A stretch of 46,177 bases of DNA, taken from the NCBI GenBank assembly GCA_045837725.1, contig JBEWZL010000102.1:372001-418177 (forward strand), read 5' to 3'. This document shows, in pieces, positions 23,697 through 35,200 of the stretch; within the stretch, counting starts at the first letter, position 1, and every line of letters begins with the position of its first letter. This DNA comes from Vermamoeba vermiformis. Lineage: Eukaryota. A model generated the notes under the pieces. That model worked only from the letters and a program-made list of their open reading frames with translations, did not search any database and was not told where the DNA came from. A program made the position numbers and the translations under genes.

Positions 23697-25139
23697 ATGT
23701 CACGAAGTTTATTGCACGGAGGAGTGGACAGCGCAGCTCCGTTATCCCCAGAAGAATATAATACCTTACTGGGTCTGAAAATCGGTTGCATTGCTCTTAT
23801 TCCAGCCTTGTCATTTTGTGGAGCGTAAGTCACATCTAATTTTAATTAAATAAATTTTATCGTATAACCACATAAACTTGACCAAATAGTAATTAAAATA
23901 TGTAATAATACTCTGAAGTGTATTATCTTATTTCTTTTAATGATTTGAAACGGTCAGAAATTCCTAAACAAGATCGAAAATCTTTGTCGCACGAACGCGA
24001 CATTATTTCTTGCTATCCGTATTCTCATATTAACATATATAATGTACTTAACTACTGATCGCGTTCTAACCGGAATTTCTTCATTCTCAGACTAGCGCCA
24101 TTACTCTCGAAGCAGATTCGCAAGAACACAACTGCCATTTCTTACTGCAATATATTAGCAGGCAGTATTCTTCTCGGCTTTGGTTTTCTTCATATTCTAC
24201 CGGATGCAGCTGAATCATTCTCCGATTGGGACGAAGCCGTCAATCACTTCCCAATCCCGTACGCGATGGTGCTGGTTGGATTCTTCGTCGTCTTATTGAT
24301 AGAAAAGCTTCTTATTATGCGTATCGAGAAGATGGCCGCAGAAAAGCGACGTGCAAAAGAAATGAAGAAAATTGAGTCTGCGTCGCCGGATGTGGCTGAG
24401 AAACTTGGTGACGAAGAGTGCGGCAACTGCGGAGAATGCAAAGAAGTGTCTGAGAAGTCTACTTCAGCCCACATTTCACAACGAGAGCTTTTGCAACGCA
24501 AGGACAATGAGGAAGTGGTGGTCGATCTTGAGGCCTCGAAATCTCATGCCCACCACGACCACAATCATGACCACCATGGCCACAACCACGCGCATGCCTT
24601 CCACACCCACGACGTACCGTTGGATAATGAGAGCAAGAGCGCCACGCCCTATGTTTTGACAATCGGTTTAGCGTTTCACTCAATTTTTGAAGGACTTGGC
24701 CCTGGCTTTCGCTGCAAGTCTTGATGGTATGTTAGCGCTTATATAATATTATTCATGACTTAGACTTACCGTATCATTAGCTATGATATTGTTGATCATC
24801 GGTATCGGATTGCACAAGTTCGCTGAAGGATTCGCTATGGGATCGAGCTTGGTCAAGATGGATTTGCGCCTCCGACGTGCTCTATTACTCGTAGCAGCTT
24901 TTTGCATCGTTTTGCCCATTGGTATTGCCATTGGATTGGGTCTTGGAGAAGCTTTGGACGAAGATGCGCTGAATCTGACCATGTCCCTTACCAACTCATT
25001 CGCAGTAGGTGTATTTATTTACATCGCTATTCTTGGTGTTTATGTCGAAGAGCTTGCCGGCAAGAACCACGTTATTGCCAAGATCGGTCTCGCGCTCGTG
25101 ATGTGCCTGACCATGGGCTGCTTGTCCTTTTTAGAATAA
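23697..25139 (+). CDS. ZIP (SLC39) zinc/iron permease with an apparent +1 frameshift near 24698
   Basis: GFLHILPDA, His-rich loop (HAHHDHNHDHHGHNHAH), LAFHSIFEGL, LHKFAEGFAMG, PIGIAIG, AVGVFIYIA..EEL; exons about 23697-23824, 24091-24727 and 24781-25139. Confidence 0.9.
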
Positions 25140-25411
25140 GCCTAAAATAGTATAATAATTAATACTATTTTTGTAGCGTAGTTGTAGTGTAATTAGCCCG
25201 CCTTTAAAGGCGTTGTACAGACGTAGCAATTTGCTCGTTGTGAATTAATAAACAATATCGAGTTAAATCGAATTCTAATTATAATAGATTACCAGTTAAT
25301 CTATTATTGTACCATGTCTTTAGTGGATGAATCACAGGAAGACAAAGCGTGTTCTGCGCTTGCAATTTGTATCAACGACTTTTTTTTTATTTTATTGATT
25401 GCTCCAGCACT

Positions 25412-26369
25412 ATGGACCACAAAGAGATTAATTTAGACGTTAAACAGACAAATAGACGACACTCAACTGGTCGTTATGGCATCAAAACGAACAAAACGGT
25501 GAAGAAGCATCCAATCCACACGAACGACGCCCGTAACGCCACTGAAGAAATTATTAGTACTGTAGAAGTAGATAATACGGCCCCGCCAGCAACTTACGCG
25601 TATCAAGCTGCGCCAGTAAGCGTTCCAGTGAGTTTGAATAAAAGAAAAAATTGGGAAACCGTCAATAATCTCAAAAAATCTCAAGATGGTACGTATCGTT
25701 AGTAATATTATTAAGCTATTTGATGCACGATTGATTATTTTAAAAATCTACATACAATTCTGGAATTTCAGATTTTTCCTTTACCTTAAATCCGGTCGTG
25801 GGTCTTATGCACGTAGCATAGCTATATTACTCACGAAAAAATTTTATTTCGCAGATATCAATGTTGGCTATCGCGTGGCGGAGATCGAGACTTACAGCAC
25901 CAAATCCGACTACACAGACACAGGCATCGCTAAACTAAAAATGAAACTGTACCAACTCGATCGAGCTCCGCCTAAAAACGAACAAAAGACTGTTATTGAA
26001 TCTGGCGTCAATCGCAAAGGCCACTTTGTTCGAGAAAAACGGAAGAAAGGAAAGAAAGGAGTTAAAAACTATAATAATAGCAATAGTAGTAGTCCTAATA
26101 ATAGAAATAACAATAACGGCCGTTCTCGAAGCGATTCTGGATCTGGATCAGAAAACGAATCTACAGGCGAAGGAAGCGGTGAAGAAGATAACGACAAATA
26201 CACATTGTACGTAGTTCAAAAACGTATCAAGAATCCAGCGTCAATTCGAAGCGGTCCTTTCTATGGCTGCACTTGCACTCGTACTTGTCATTGTGGCAAA
26301 GAACTTGGAACAAGGCGCAGACGAGATGTTGCACAAGATATTGCAGGATTGGATATCAATGCGCTATAA
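25412..26369 (+). CDS. Orphan family protein copy 3 (about 263 aa; exons 25412-25688 and 25855-26369)
   Basis: GRYGIKTNKT, SLNKRKNWE, same phase-1 intron, GVNRKGHFVREKRKKGKKGVKNY, YGCTCTRTCHCG. Confidence 0.85.
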
Positions 26370-26459
26370 ATGTATTATTATTGGCATGAACAAACCTTAG
26401 TGTTTTTCTGAGCTGATTTTTTTGGTTGGGACCGAGATTTTGTTAATCGCCAAGTGATC

Positions 26460-27476
26460 ATGGACCACAACGAGATTAATTTAGACGTTAAACAGACAAA
26501 TAGACGGCATTCAACTGGTCGCTATGGCATCAAGACGAATAAAACGGTGAAAAAGCATCCAATCCACACTGTCAGCGCCAACAAGGCAGCAGAGACTATA
26601 AGCACCTTGGATGTCGACGAATCAGCTCCACTTACAAGACATAATTATATTTATGGCTTTCTTAGTGCTCCTGTAAGCCTGGGAGTGAGTTTGAACAAAA
26701 GAAAAAATTGGGAAACCGTCAATAATCTCAAAAAATCGCAAGATGGTACGTATGCGTTTAGAAATGCAATTGTTTATTTGATTTGAACCTTGAATTACCT
26801 CGAAAATATACTGGGAATTTTTAAATAATTATTTTGATACTTCGTTTTCGTACCAAAGTAAACCTTTCGCCTTATCATTATTTACACTTTTTAATAAACG
26901 AATATTGAGTAATAATAATAATAATATATTTGATTAGATATTAATGTTGGTTACCGGATCGTGGAGGTAGACAATTACACCCCTAAAGGCGACAGTTCTC
27001 GGCGAGTCGTTGGTAATTTAAAAATGCAACTCTATCGTCTCGATAAAGCACCAGCTAAAGATGAAAAGAGAACTCAAATTGAATCTGGCGTCAATCGTAA
27101 AGGCCACTTCGTTCGAGAAAAACGGAAGAAAGGAAAGAAAGGAGTTAAAAACTATAATAGCAACAATAGTAGTCCTAATAATAGAAGGAATAATAATTAC
27201 GAAGGTGATAGAAGTAATACCAGTTCAGCCTCAAATTCAAGTTCTGGATCCGTATCCGACAATTTTGACGAAGAAGGCGGCGAACAAAATGGTGATTATG
27301 GTAATTATACCCTATATATAGTGCAAAAACGTATCAAGAATCCGGCGTCAATTCGAAGTGGTCCTTTCTATGGCTGCACTTGCACTCGTACTTGTCATTG
27401 TGGCAAAGAGCTTGGAACAAGGCGCAGACGAGATATCGCGCAAGAAATTGCTTCGTTGAATATCAACCTACAATAA
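26460..27476 (+). CDS. Orphan family protein copy 4 (about 274 aa; exons 26460-26745 and 26938-27476)
   Basis: Tandem paralogue of copy 3, starting 90 bp after its stop; same motifs and intron position. Confidence 0.85.
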
Positions 27477-27837
27477 ATTAGATAATGGTCTTTGGCATGA
27501 CTTGTTATTGAACACAAATCAAACGTATGTACCTCAAATTTAAATTTAAACTAAATTTACGTTAACTTTAAATTATCAGGAATAAATCCTTCCTTTCTAC
27601 TACGTTTACTGGGTGGATCGGTGCTTGAACGAAGCGCGAAGGGACTCTCAAGTCTCCTGTCAGATTCAATTTTTCGGTTGGATCTGCTGCAGTGCTTATC
27701 CGATTGACAACAATGGTTTCATGAACGTATCAATAGAGCACAAACGTAAATGGTATGCCAAGACTAACAACTACGGCAAAAGTTGATCCGACACAATTTG
27801 TAGGCATTGCACACTGCCGATAAATAATCTTGCTATT

Positions 27838-27857
27838 GAAGTAGGGATCCCTACTTC
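27838..27857. repeat. Perfect 20-bp palindrome GAAGTAGGGATCCCTACTTC
   Basis: Equal to its own reverse complement; intergenic. Confidence 0.85.
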
Positions 27858-28435
27858 TTACTTCTAGCGTGGAGCTGTGGTACTTTGAAAGAAAATCAAG
27901 CCAGGCGAGTCGTTGGCTTCCTCGGTCAGGTAATTAAACGGCAAATCTCCGGGTCAAAGCGGAGCCAATTTTAGACTTCTGTAAATTACCATAGTTTTGA
28001 CATGCTAATTTAATTTATATTGATACAGCGGTCGATTCATTATTATATTCAACAGCCCAATAAGCTCGGTGCGTTCCGGCCACAACTATCAAAATTCGGT
28101 AAAAAGGCCTCCGGTGTCCGAGTCCAGTTACAACATAGTTACGAGTCTTGATAACGTGAGTCAAGACTAGCAGTGTGTAAGTTAAATTTAAATTTATTTC
28201 CTTAATTACTAATATTGCGACCAAATCGGGAAATAGACATATTTGTGCACATGTCTCCATTCAACGTTGTGAACTTTTTATTAATCTCTGCGACAAGATA
28301 CAGCCGTTGATTCTTGCCGAAGATTTGTTGGCGCTTTATGTATCTCAAGACGAGATTATAGCTTTGGCCATAAATAACCAAGACTCGCCGTTCATTTACT
28401 TCATCTCAAGCATAACAACAACACACTTCATCACG

Positions 28436-29940
28436 ATGCTATTAAAAGCATTAATCCTCGCTTGCATTCTAGCATTGGCCACGTGTCAATCTGGCTCTAG
28501 TTGCGGCAGCACTTCATTCAACTTTTATAATGGATACGGCATTAGTGGTGCCTACGGAGAGCAGTTGTGGGACTGGGAAGGCTCAGACTTTTCTGACGGC
28601 ACTAGCGACACCTTTGACTCCTACTTATACTTGGATTTGATTATCGACAACGTCACCTACTCAATTAGCAACATTTACGGCTCTCCTATTGATTACTACT
28701 GCGACGTTGGCACTACTGACTGGAACTCGACTTCATATGCCAGCTATACCTACAATATCACCGACACTATCCAGATCTTCCGCGAGTTTTACGCTCCTCG
28801 TTCAAGTAAGCAAAGCCTATTAATATTAGTCTTTAGTGTATTCCCTATTCAATTGAATATTACACACAAAAAAGTTTCGTCTAACGTCATACTAACTGTG
28901 TTGTTTTAGCCACGTGGCTTCGTGTCCTCGATACAGTGCGTAACTTCGGAACTTCGGCGGTTAGTATCTCAATGACTTACTACGGAAACCTCGGATCCGA
29001 TGGTAGCACTACGTTTGCCGTTTTGAACGATTATTACTGGGTCAGGTAAGAATTCCCGTTACTTTTGATTTATGTAATTCTTCTTATATTAACCGAATTT
29101 ATTTTTAGCTCCGACGGTGGAAACGGCAGTGATGATCCTCCATTTTCAGTGAACGCTGCTAGCTTTGGCGGTCAAGTCATTCCTACCAAGTTGGCCGGTG
29201 AATTTGTTCCTGGAAACGACGATACTTCATGGACTTATGAGTCGGTCTCTATTCCTGCTGGTGAGGCCAGAAGCATCATGGTTATTCTCGGTCAATACGG
29301 AAACCTCAGCGACGCTATCGACGGTGCTCGTCAGATCGACTTATTGCCGGACTTGATCTACTCTAACATCTCCGTGTCCTTGGCAAGCATCGTTAACTGG
29401 GACTTGTGCGGCGTCAAATTTGAAGTTGTGGATCCGCAGACTACTTACTGCACAACTCCTATGCCCATCACCTTCACTGCTTACGCTGACGTCCCAATGT
29501 CGTTCAATGGCAGCCCCGTCACTTTGTCCAACCAGCAGTTCACCGCTGACGTTGTGAATGGCAACAGCAAGATCTCGTATCAGCGTCAAGTCGGAAATTG
29601 TGCCGCTAGAACCGCCAGCTTTGACTTCAAATTGCCTCCCGCCAACTTGTCTGTCTCTGTTGACAACAGCGGAACTTTGCCTAAGGTCAGCACGACTGGT
29701 GGTTATGGCACTTACGAATACACCTGGAAGTTCAGTTCTGGTGGTGACTTGACCGCCGCATTCGGTGGTAAAGCCACTGTAACTGTTACTGATATGGAAG
29801 GATGCGCTGCTTCAGCTCAGATCGATGTTCCTCAGATGCCTCAACTCAGCGGAAATACTCCTGGTAGCAAAATTACTTCTAGCGCTTCTCAAGTCATCGC
29901 TTCATTCGTTGGCTTGATTGGTTTGGCCATTGCTTTGTAA
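28436..29940 (+). CDS. Secreted, probably GPI-anchored beta-rich surface protein (3 exons)
   Basis: Signal peptide MLLKALILACILALATC; exons about 28436-28805, 28910-29045 and 29110-29940; GNLGSD motif; SprB-repeat-like GGYGTYEYTW..TVTVTDMEGC; SSAS plus hydrophobic tail. Confidence 0.85.
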
Positions 29941-30176
29941 TCTATTCATTTGTAACATCAGTAAATATATTCCGTTTAAATCGAAAGTTGTGTACGAAAT
30001 AATTTGAACGTTGAGTATTTCAAGAGCTCTTTTCTTGAACGGTTGTAGCAGCGCATTACTCTCCATGCCTGCTAAAGCGTTCTTGGACTCCGAATTTTCG
30101 TTGTTTTCATGAACGAGCAAATTTTTATTTCAAAATTTGAATTCCGAACAAAACACCACAAGTCCTCTTGCCCTAA

Positions 30177-32151
30177 ATGAAGAGGCTGTTTGTTCTATCA
30201 GGCATCGCTTTGATGCTTGTAACGCTTGCTGCAGCGGATGTAGACAATTTCGTGCATACTGTACCAGCAAGCGAATATCTTTATTTCAAGTAAGATGATT
30301 AACAATAATTATCTTGGAATTTTTGAAAGCGAAAGTGATTGATAAATGCCTCTAGTAACCACTTTTTTGGTGACGTCACCTTAACAACTAAATTTAAAAA
30401 TCAGGAATTCCACTTCAATAACTCAAATATCGTTCTAATACTACATAGTTATCGACACAACCATACGACACCATTTTGGATCGTGGTTGATCCTTGCACC
30501 GGAAATCCAGATCTGTTCGTTTCCGAATCCAATCAACGACCCTCGCTACAAAGCTATACATACCTCTCAATTAATAGCAAGGGTTCTGAAGCTATTCAAA
30601 TCGCATCGGTAAGTCATTTAATTTCAATTAAACCGAAATTTTATTCGGGATCTGATCCACCTTCTCTCAACCAGGGTCCAGGTACTTATTATATGGCTGT
30701 ATATGGCATGACCGAGAGTCAGTTTAGACTTGTCATCGAGGACCATGGTGAGTCATCAGTTTTGTGAACTACTAAAAAATCATTATTTTACGTGACGTGT
30801 TGCCTCCTTTCATTCTTTCGCGAATTTTATTTCCGCGAATTTAATTGGCTTTTTATGAGATAATTAGACTATGAAGAGTGATTATTAATGATTTTTGCCT
30901 CAGAACGAGTCAAGCCGATCATTCCAAACAAAGGTCACATTCACGTTCATTTCACCTCGCCTTCACGCATTGAAGTTATGTGGGACCCTATTCGCATTGC
31001 TGGTACGTAATAATATACTACATTATCACATTAAAATCATCCGACTTGATGAAAGTACATCCGTAAAATTTTTTTTTGGCGGATGAGTTTCCTTGTATAC
31101 TATCGTTAATAGCTAAATTTAATTATGATATATCATTGGTGATGGTTAATATTAATTTTTAGATGATTTTCGAAATTTGGGCACGACATTAGAATCAAAT
31201 GACGATGGAAGTGCGAAAGCTAGATCCGAAGTACTCGTATTATGTTTATTATGCCCGTGAAACCGAGAATATGACAGATTGTCTAAGACTGAACGATTAG
31301 TTGACACGGAGTGTGGTGCGGAAAATTTATCGACAGCTGCTGGCAAAGGCGAATTGATCAGTTTTGAAGGCGAACAAAAAATTTTCAAAAGAATTGATAA
31401 TTTGCAGCCAAATATGGTATATTCAGTGAACATATTAGCAGTGAATGAAATCACGCAAGATCGATCGGTCTATTCCTCCGTAATTGTCCGAACGGTAAAT
31501 TCCCGATTGATCAAGTTGAATTCTCCGATTGAAGATGACGTCGAACAAGGCCAATACAAATATTATCAGCTGCAAATCAAAAATCCTGAACGATTCAATC
31601 AAGCTAAAGACAATTATTATCAACGAAAAGACGTCAAATTGATATTCGATCTGCTGAGCAATCAAGGTGACGCGGATATTTATGTCAGCACACATAGTCC
31701 TCCAACATTTGATGATGCCGAATTTAGCTCTGAAGGTGCATACAGAACTCACACAAAAAACATGAAATTTCATTTTTCACTGAACGGCAAAAAACCCAAT
31801 TTTTTCTCGTTCGCTCTGAAAAACCATTTCAATTGTAGGATTTTATTGATAATAATGGTTGGTTATAGGGTTGCAAAATGATCGTTTAGAAGTGGATGTG
31901 TATGACAACGCCATCACGTACTTCATCAGCATCTACGGCAAGACTAAAGCGAGCTACGAACTGACAGCCACTTTGCAAGTCGGCGATGAAGACAATACGA
32001 TTTTGGGCGTGCCTGTTGATCCTGAAAGTACGTACCGTACATTGATGATACCCGATTTCATTCTTAACACTTATTATTATAAGGTCAAACTCCTGTTTGG
32101 TTACAAGTGTTGTTTTTTATTCTTGAAGTACTTTTCGAGCTCTTGGGTTGA
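30177..32151 (+). CDS. Secreted/membrane-anchored protein with PPC-like and fibronectin-III-like (NDNF-like) modules
   Basis: Signal peptide MKRLFVLSGIALMLVTLAAA; two G(N/D)xD(L/I)(F/Y)VS..P modules, each followed by Y(Y/F)xx(V/I)YG; FN3-like NLQPNMVYSVNILAVN; hydrophobic C-terminus VWLQVLFFILEVLFELLG. Confidence 0.7.
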
Positions 32152-32237
32152 AAACAACATAAAAAAACTTGGATTTTTTTTTTTAGTCTGACCATTAACT
32201 ATCTATGAACAACTTTATTTTTTTTTTACAAATTATT

Positions 32238-35200
32238 TTACTGCAGTTGTCTTTTCTTTTGCAATATGAACTCATTAACCGCATCAAGGTCCATTTCGTA
32301 GCTGCCGTACCAAGCAGATGTGACAAAATGAGCGTCACCACAAAGTGTCAACATCAAGTCTAAAAATAGTCTTTGACTTAATTGCAGTGGATAGCCTTGT
32401 CTCCAACTTGGCTCTAGTACGAATTTTCCGAACGATTCGATGCCAGATCCAATGAACTGTCGTTGGAATTTTTGCATTTGTTTCGGTTCATGAACCTCTT
32501 GGCCAAATTCAACGATTGGCACAGCATTTTCTGCGTGCTAATAATACGAGAATTAGAATCGACATAATGAGAAATAGGTCTTCTCGAAGTCTTTGCAAAT
32601 ATTTTTGTCCCACGTGACAAACATTCACTGAACCAATTTAGCCAAAATCTACTTACGTCAATGACAGCAATTCTGAACAACATCATTTCAGCTAGTGTTT
32701 TGTCGTACAAAATGTGCATGATGAACACGTGCTCTTTCAGTGAAAAGCGAATGACGCGTGAGTACGTGTAGACCATTCTGCGCCACCAAGGGTGCATCTC
32801 ATAACAGCCAAATCCTTCGTCCCAATCTTTAAAATATGAAAGAATTAGTCAAGTTTAAGTTAATGAAAGTGTCTCAAGGGCACTTGCCTAATATGGAAAT
32901 TCCCTCCGCAAGTGTTTTAATAGCTTTGTACTCCTTTTCTGCTGAATCCTTAGACCTTGCCGGCACATGGAATAATCCGCGCCAACTTCTTCCGTCCCGC
33001 AATTTGTCGCTTAAGATCTGTTTCATGAACCGTGTTAGTTCCGACTTGGATGTGTTTGAATTGTTTTTACCTTGTCAAGCAGCGACATCATGGCGACCTT
33101 CTTTTCTTGCAAATGTGAGTATATTAGTCCATTATAGAGTACACCAGTGCCTTTGTAAGATGACACCAGTGGTTGAACACCAAGATCTGGCCAAAAAAAA
33201 TTGGTCACCAATCAATCATATGAATATCTTATTAATATATCGTTGACTTACTGCCATTTTGAATCGTTTTGATGATTGGAAAGTTTTGTTCGAACAACAA
33301 GGTCTGAAGCAAATTGAAAAATCCTTGGACGGATGTCGTTTTGACGTTCAATTCTTTCATGAGCCAAATAAGGTTATCTTCTTTTAATACGACCATTGGT
33401 GATTTGACGGCTTTCGTAGTGTACCTCAATGTGACTGGCTGATAATTTCGGTCTACGATGAACCTCGGTTTTCCGCATTGATCTTCCATTTGAACATAAG
33501 ACACCAAGTCTAACGTTTGATTTCCTTTTTTGGCTTTCATATAGCACGTGTCAATAGGTGGCCACAGGTCTGGACCGTCATCGCCTTCTTCACGCGTCAT
33601 AAACGATTGCGTGAGGACCATGTGTTTGTTGAAGCACCACTCGAGTTCTAATAACTCGCCGTCATTCAAAACAAAGTATAGCTTCTCGTAGTCTACGGGC
33701 ACATATTAATATTAATAATTATATATTTATCATTATTTACCTGATCGGTCTGATGATCGTCCAACATAGGGGTGCTCACGGAAAAAATGTTGCAATTCTA
33801 CAGCAAAATATGAGATATTTAAAATAATATGCTAAGTTAATAATATTAATGGTACATTATAATTGAACGGTATGGCCTAATAGAATGAAAAAAAGTGAAA
33901 ATTCGCGGTACGTACTGGCAAAATAAACGCGGTCAACGACGTGTTGGAATTCTTTGACTTCATCATTCTTCGGCTCGTATTTAGTGATACTTTTCATCAA
34001 ACTTCGCCAATTTTGTCGCATGTACTCTCGCTTCCATAAACGGAAATATTCCGGCGCGTTAATCTCATTAAACATCTTGCGTAGTTTTTCCGCCTGTTTC
34101 GGTCAGTAATCTATGATAGATTCAAAGTTAAACTTACGTTTTGATAAGTCGTCTTGATTTTTAACGCTTGTTGAATAGTTTCTTCGGCCTCTGAAAAAAA
34201 ATTGTTAATGAAATTTCGAGGTATTTTTCGTTCAATTTTTTCTTACTGTACTTCAAATGAAACAAGCTGTAGACCTTCAAATATTCTTTGACAGGAAGAC
34301 CTATTCTGAATTATTAGTATTTGATAACCTTATATATTATAGGCTTGGTCTTACCAATCTCTTTTTGAACTCGTCGTTGGATCTCCGTCAAAATTGCATT
34401 GTTCCACGATTTTGACACTGTTCGAATAACTATCAAATTTGATCCTTGCAGTGCTACTCGGCATTATTTCTGGCAGCAATATGATCAGTCTGTCATCGTC
34501 ATTCGACTTTTTTTGTACCGATGCCTTCGGAACAGTACCGACGGTTTGACCAGGCTCAGTTTTGATTGGTTCAAATGGATTTGGTTGATTATGCTTCACG
34601 CCGTCACTTTCAAAGTAATCGCCTCGTTCTCTGGCTTTTAAATCCAAATAATCATTGATCGCTTTAAAATCCAGGAACACCTCTAGCTCCCTGTGAAAAA
34701 AACAAAAAATCATAAATTGCTGTATCTTCATATAATATATGCTTAATATTTCTTACCCTTGGTCGTCATTAACTCCACGAACAAAAGCAATGTCGCCAGT
34801 GATCGTTAGAACGAGATCCAAGAACGCCTTTTCGTCAATCGAATTCATCACTAGTTTGCTCGGCAAATAATTTTGTATGTCAACATCAATCGAGTAAATA
34901 TGCATGGGCTTCCAAGCAGCTTCAACGATCAATGGGTAGTTGAACTCTTCGTAGAACAACGATTTGCTGGTCAATTGTTGGCCAGGCTGCAAAGATAGAT
35001 AGACTAGCGTTAATGAACTAGATATAATAGATGTTACGCCGAAAGAAGAGCAACCGAAAAAAAAAAACAGAAACAACACGCGCACGGCCGAGCGGAGGAG
35101 AAAGGTGCGTCGAGCTGTGAAAAATAAGAGCGGTAAGAGTACTGTGTATGGAGATACGCGCAGCTCCTTAAAATATAATGCCTTTTGACTCTCCGGTGGA

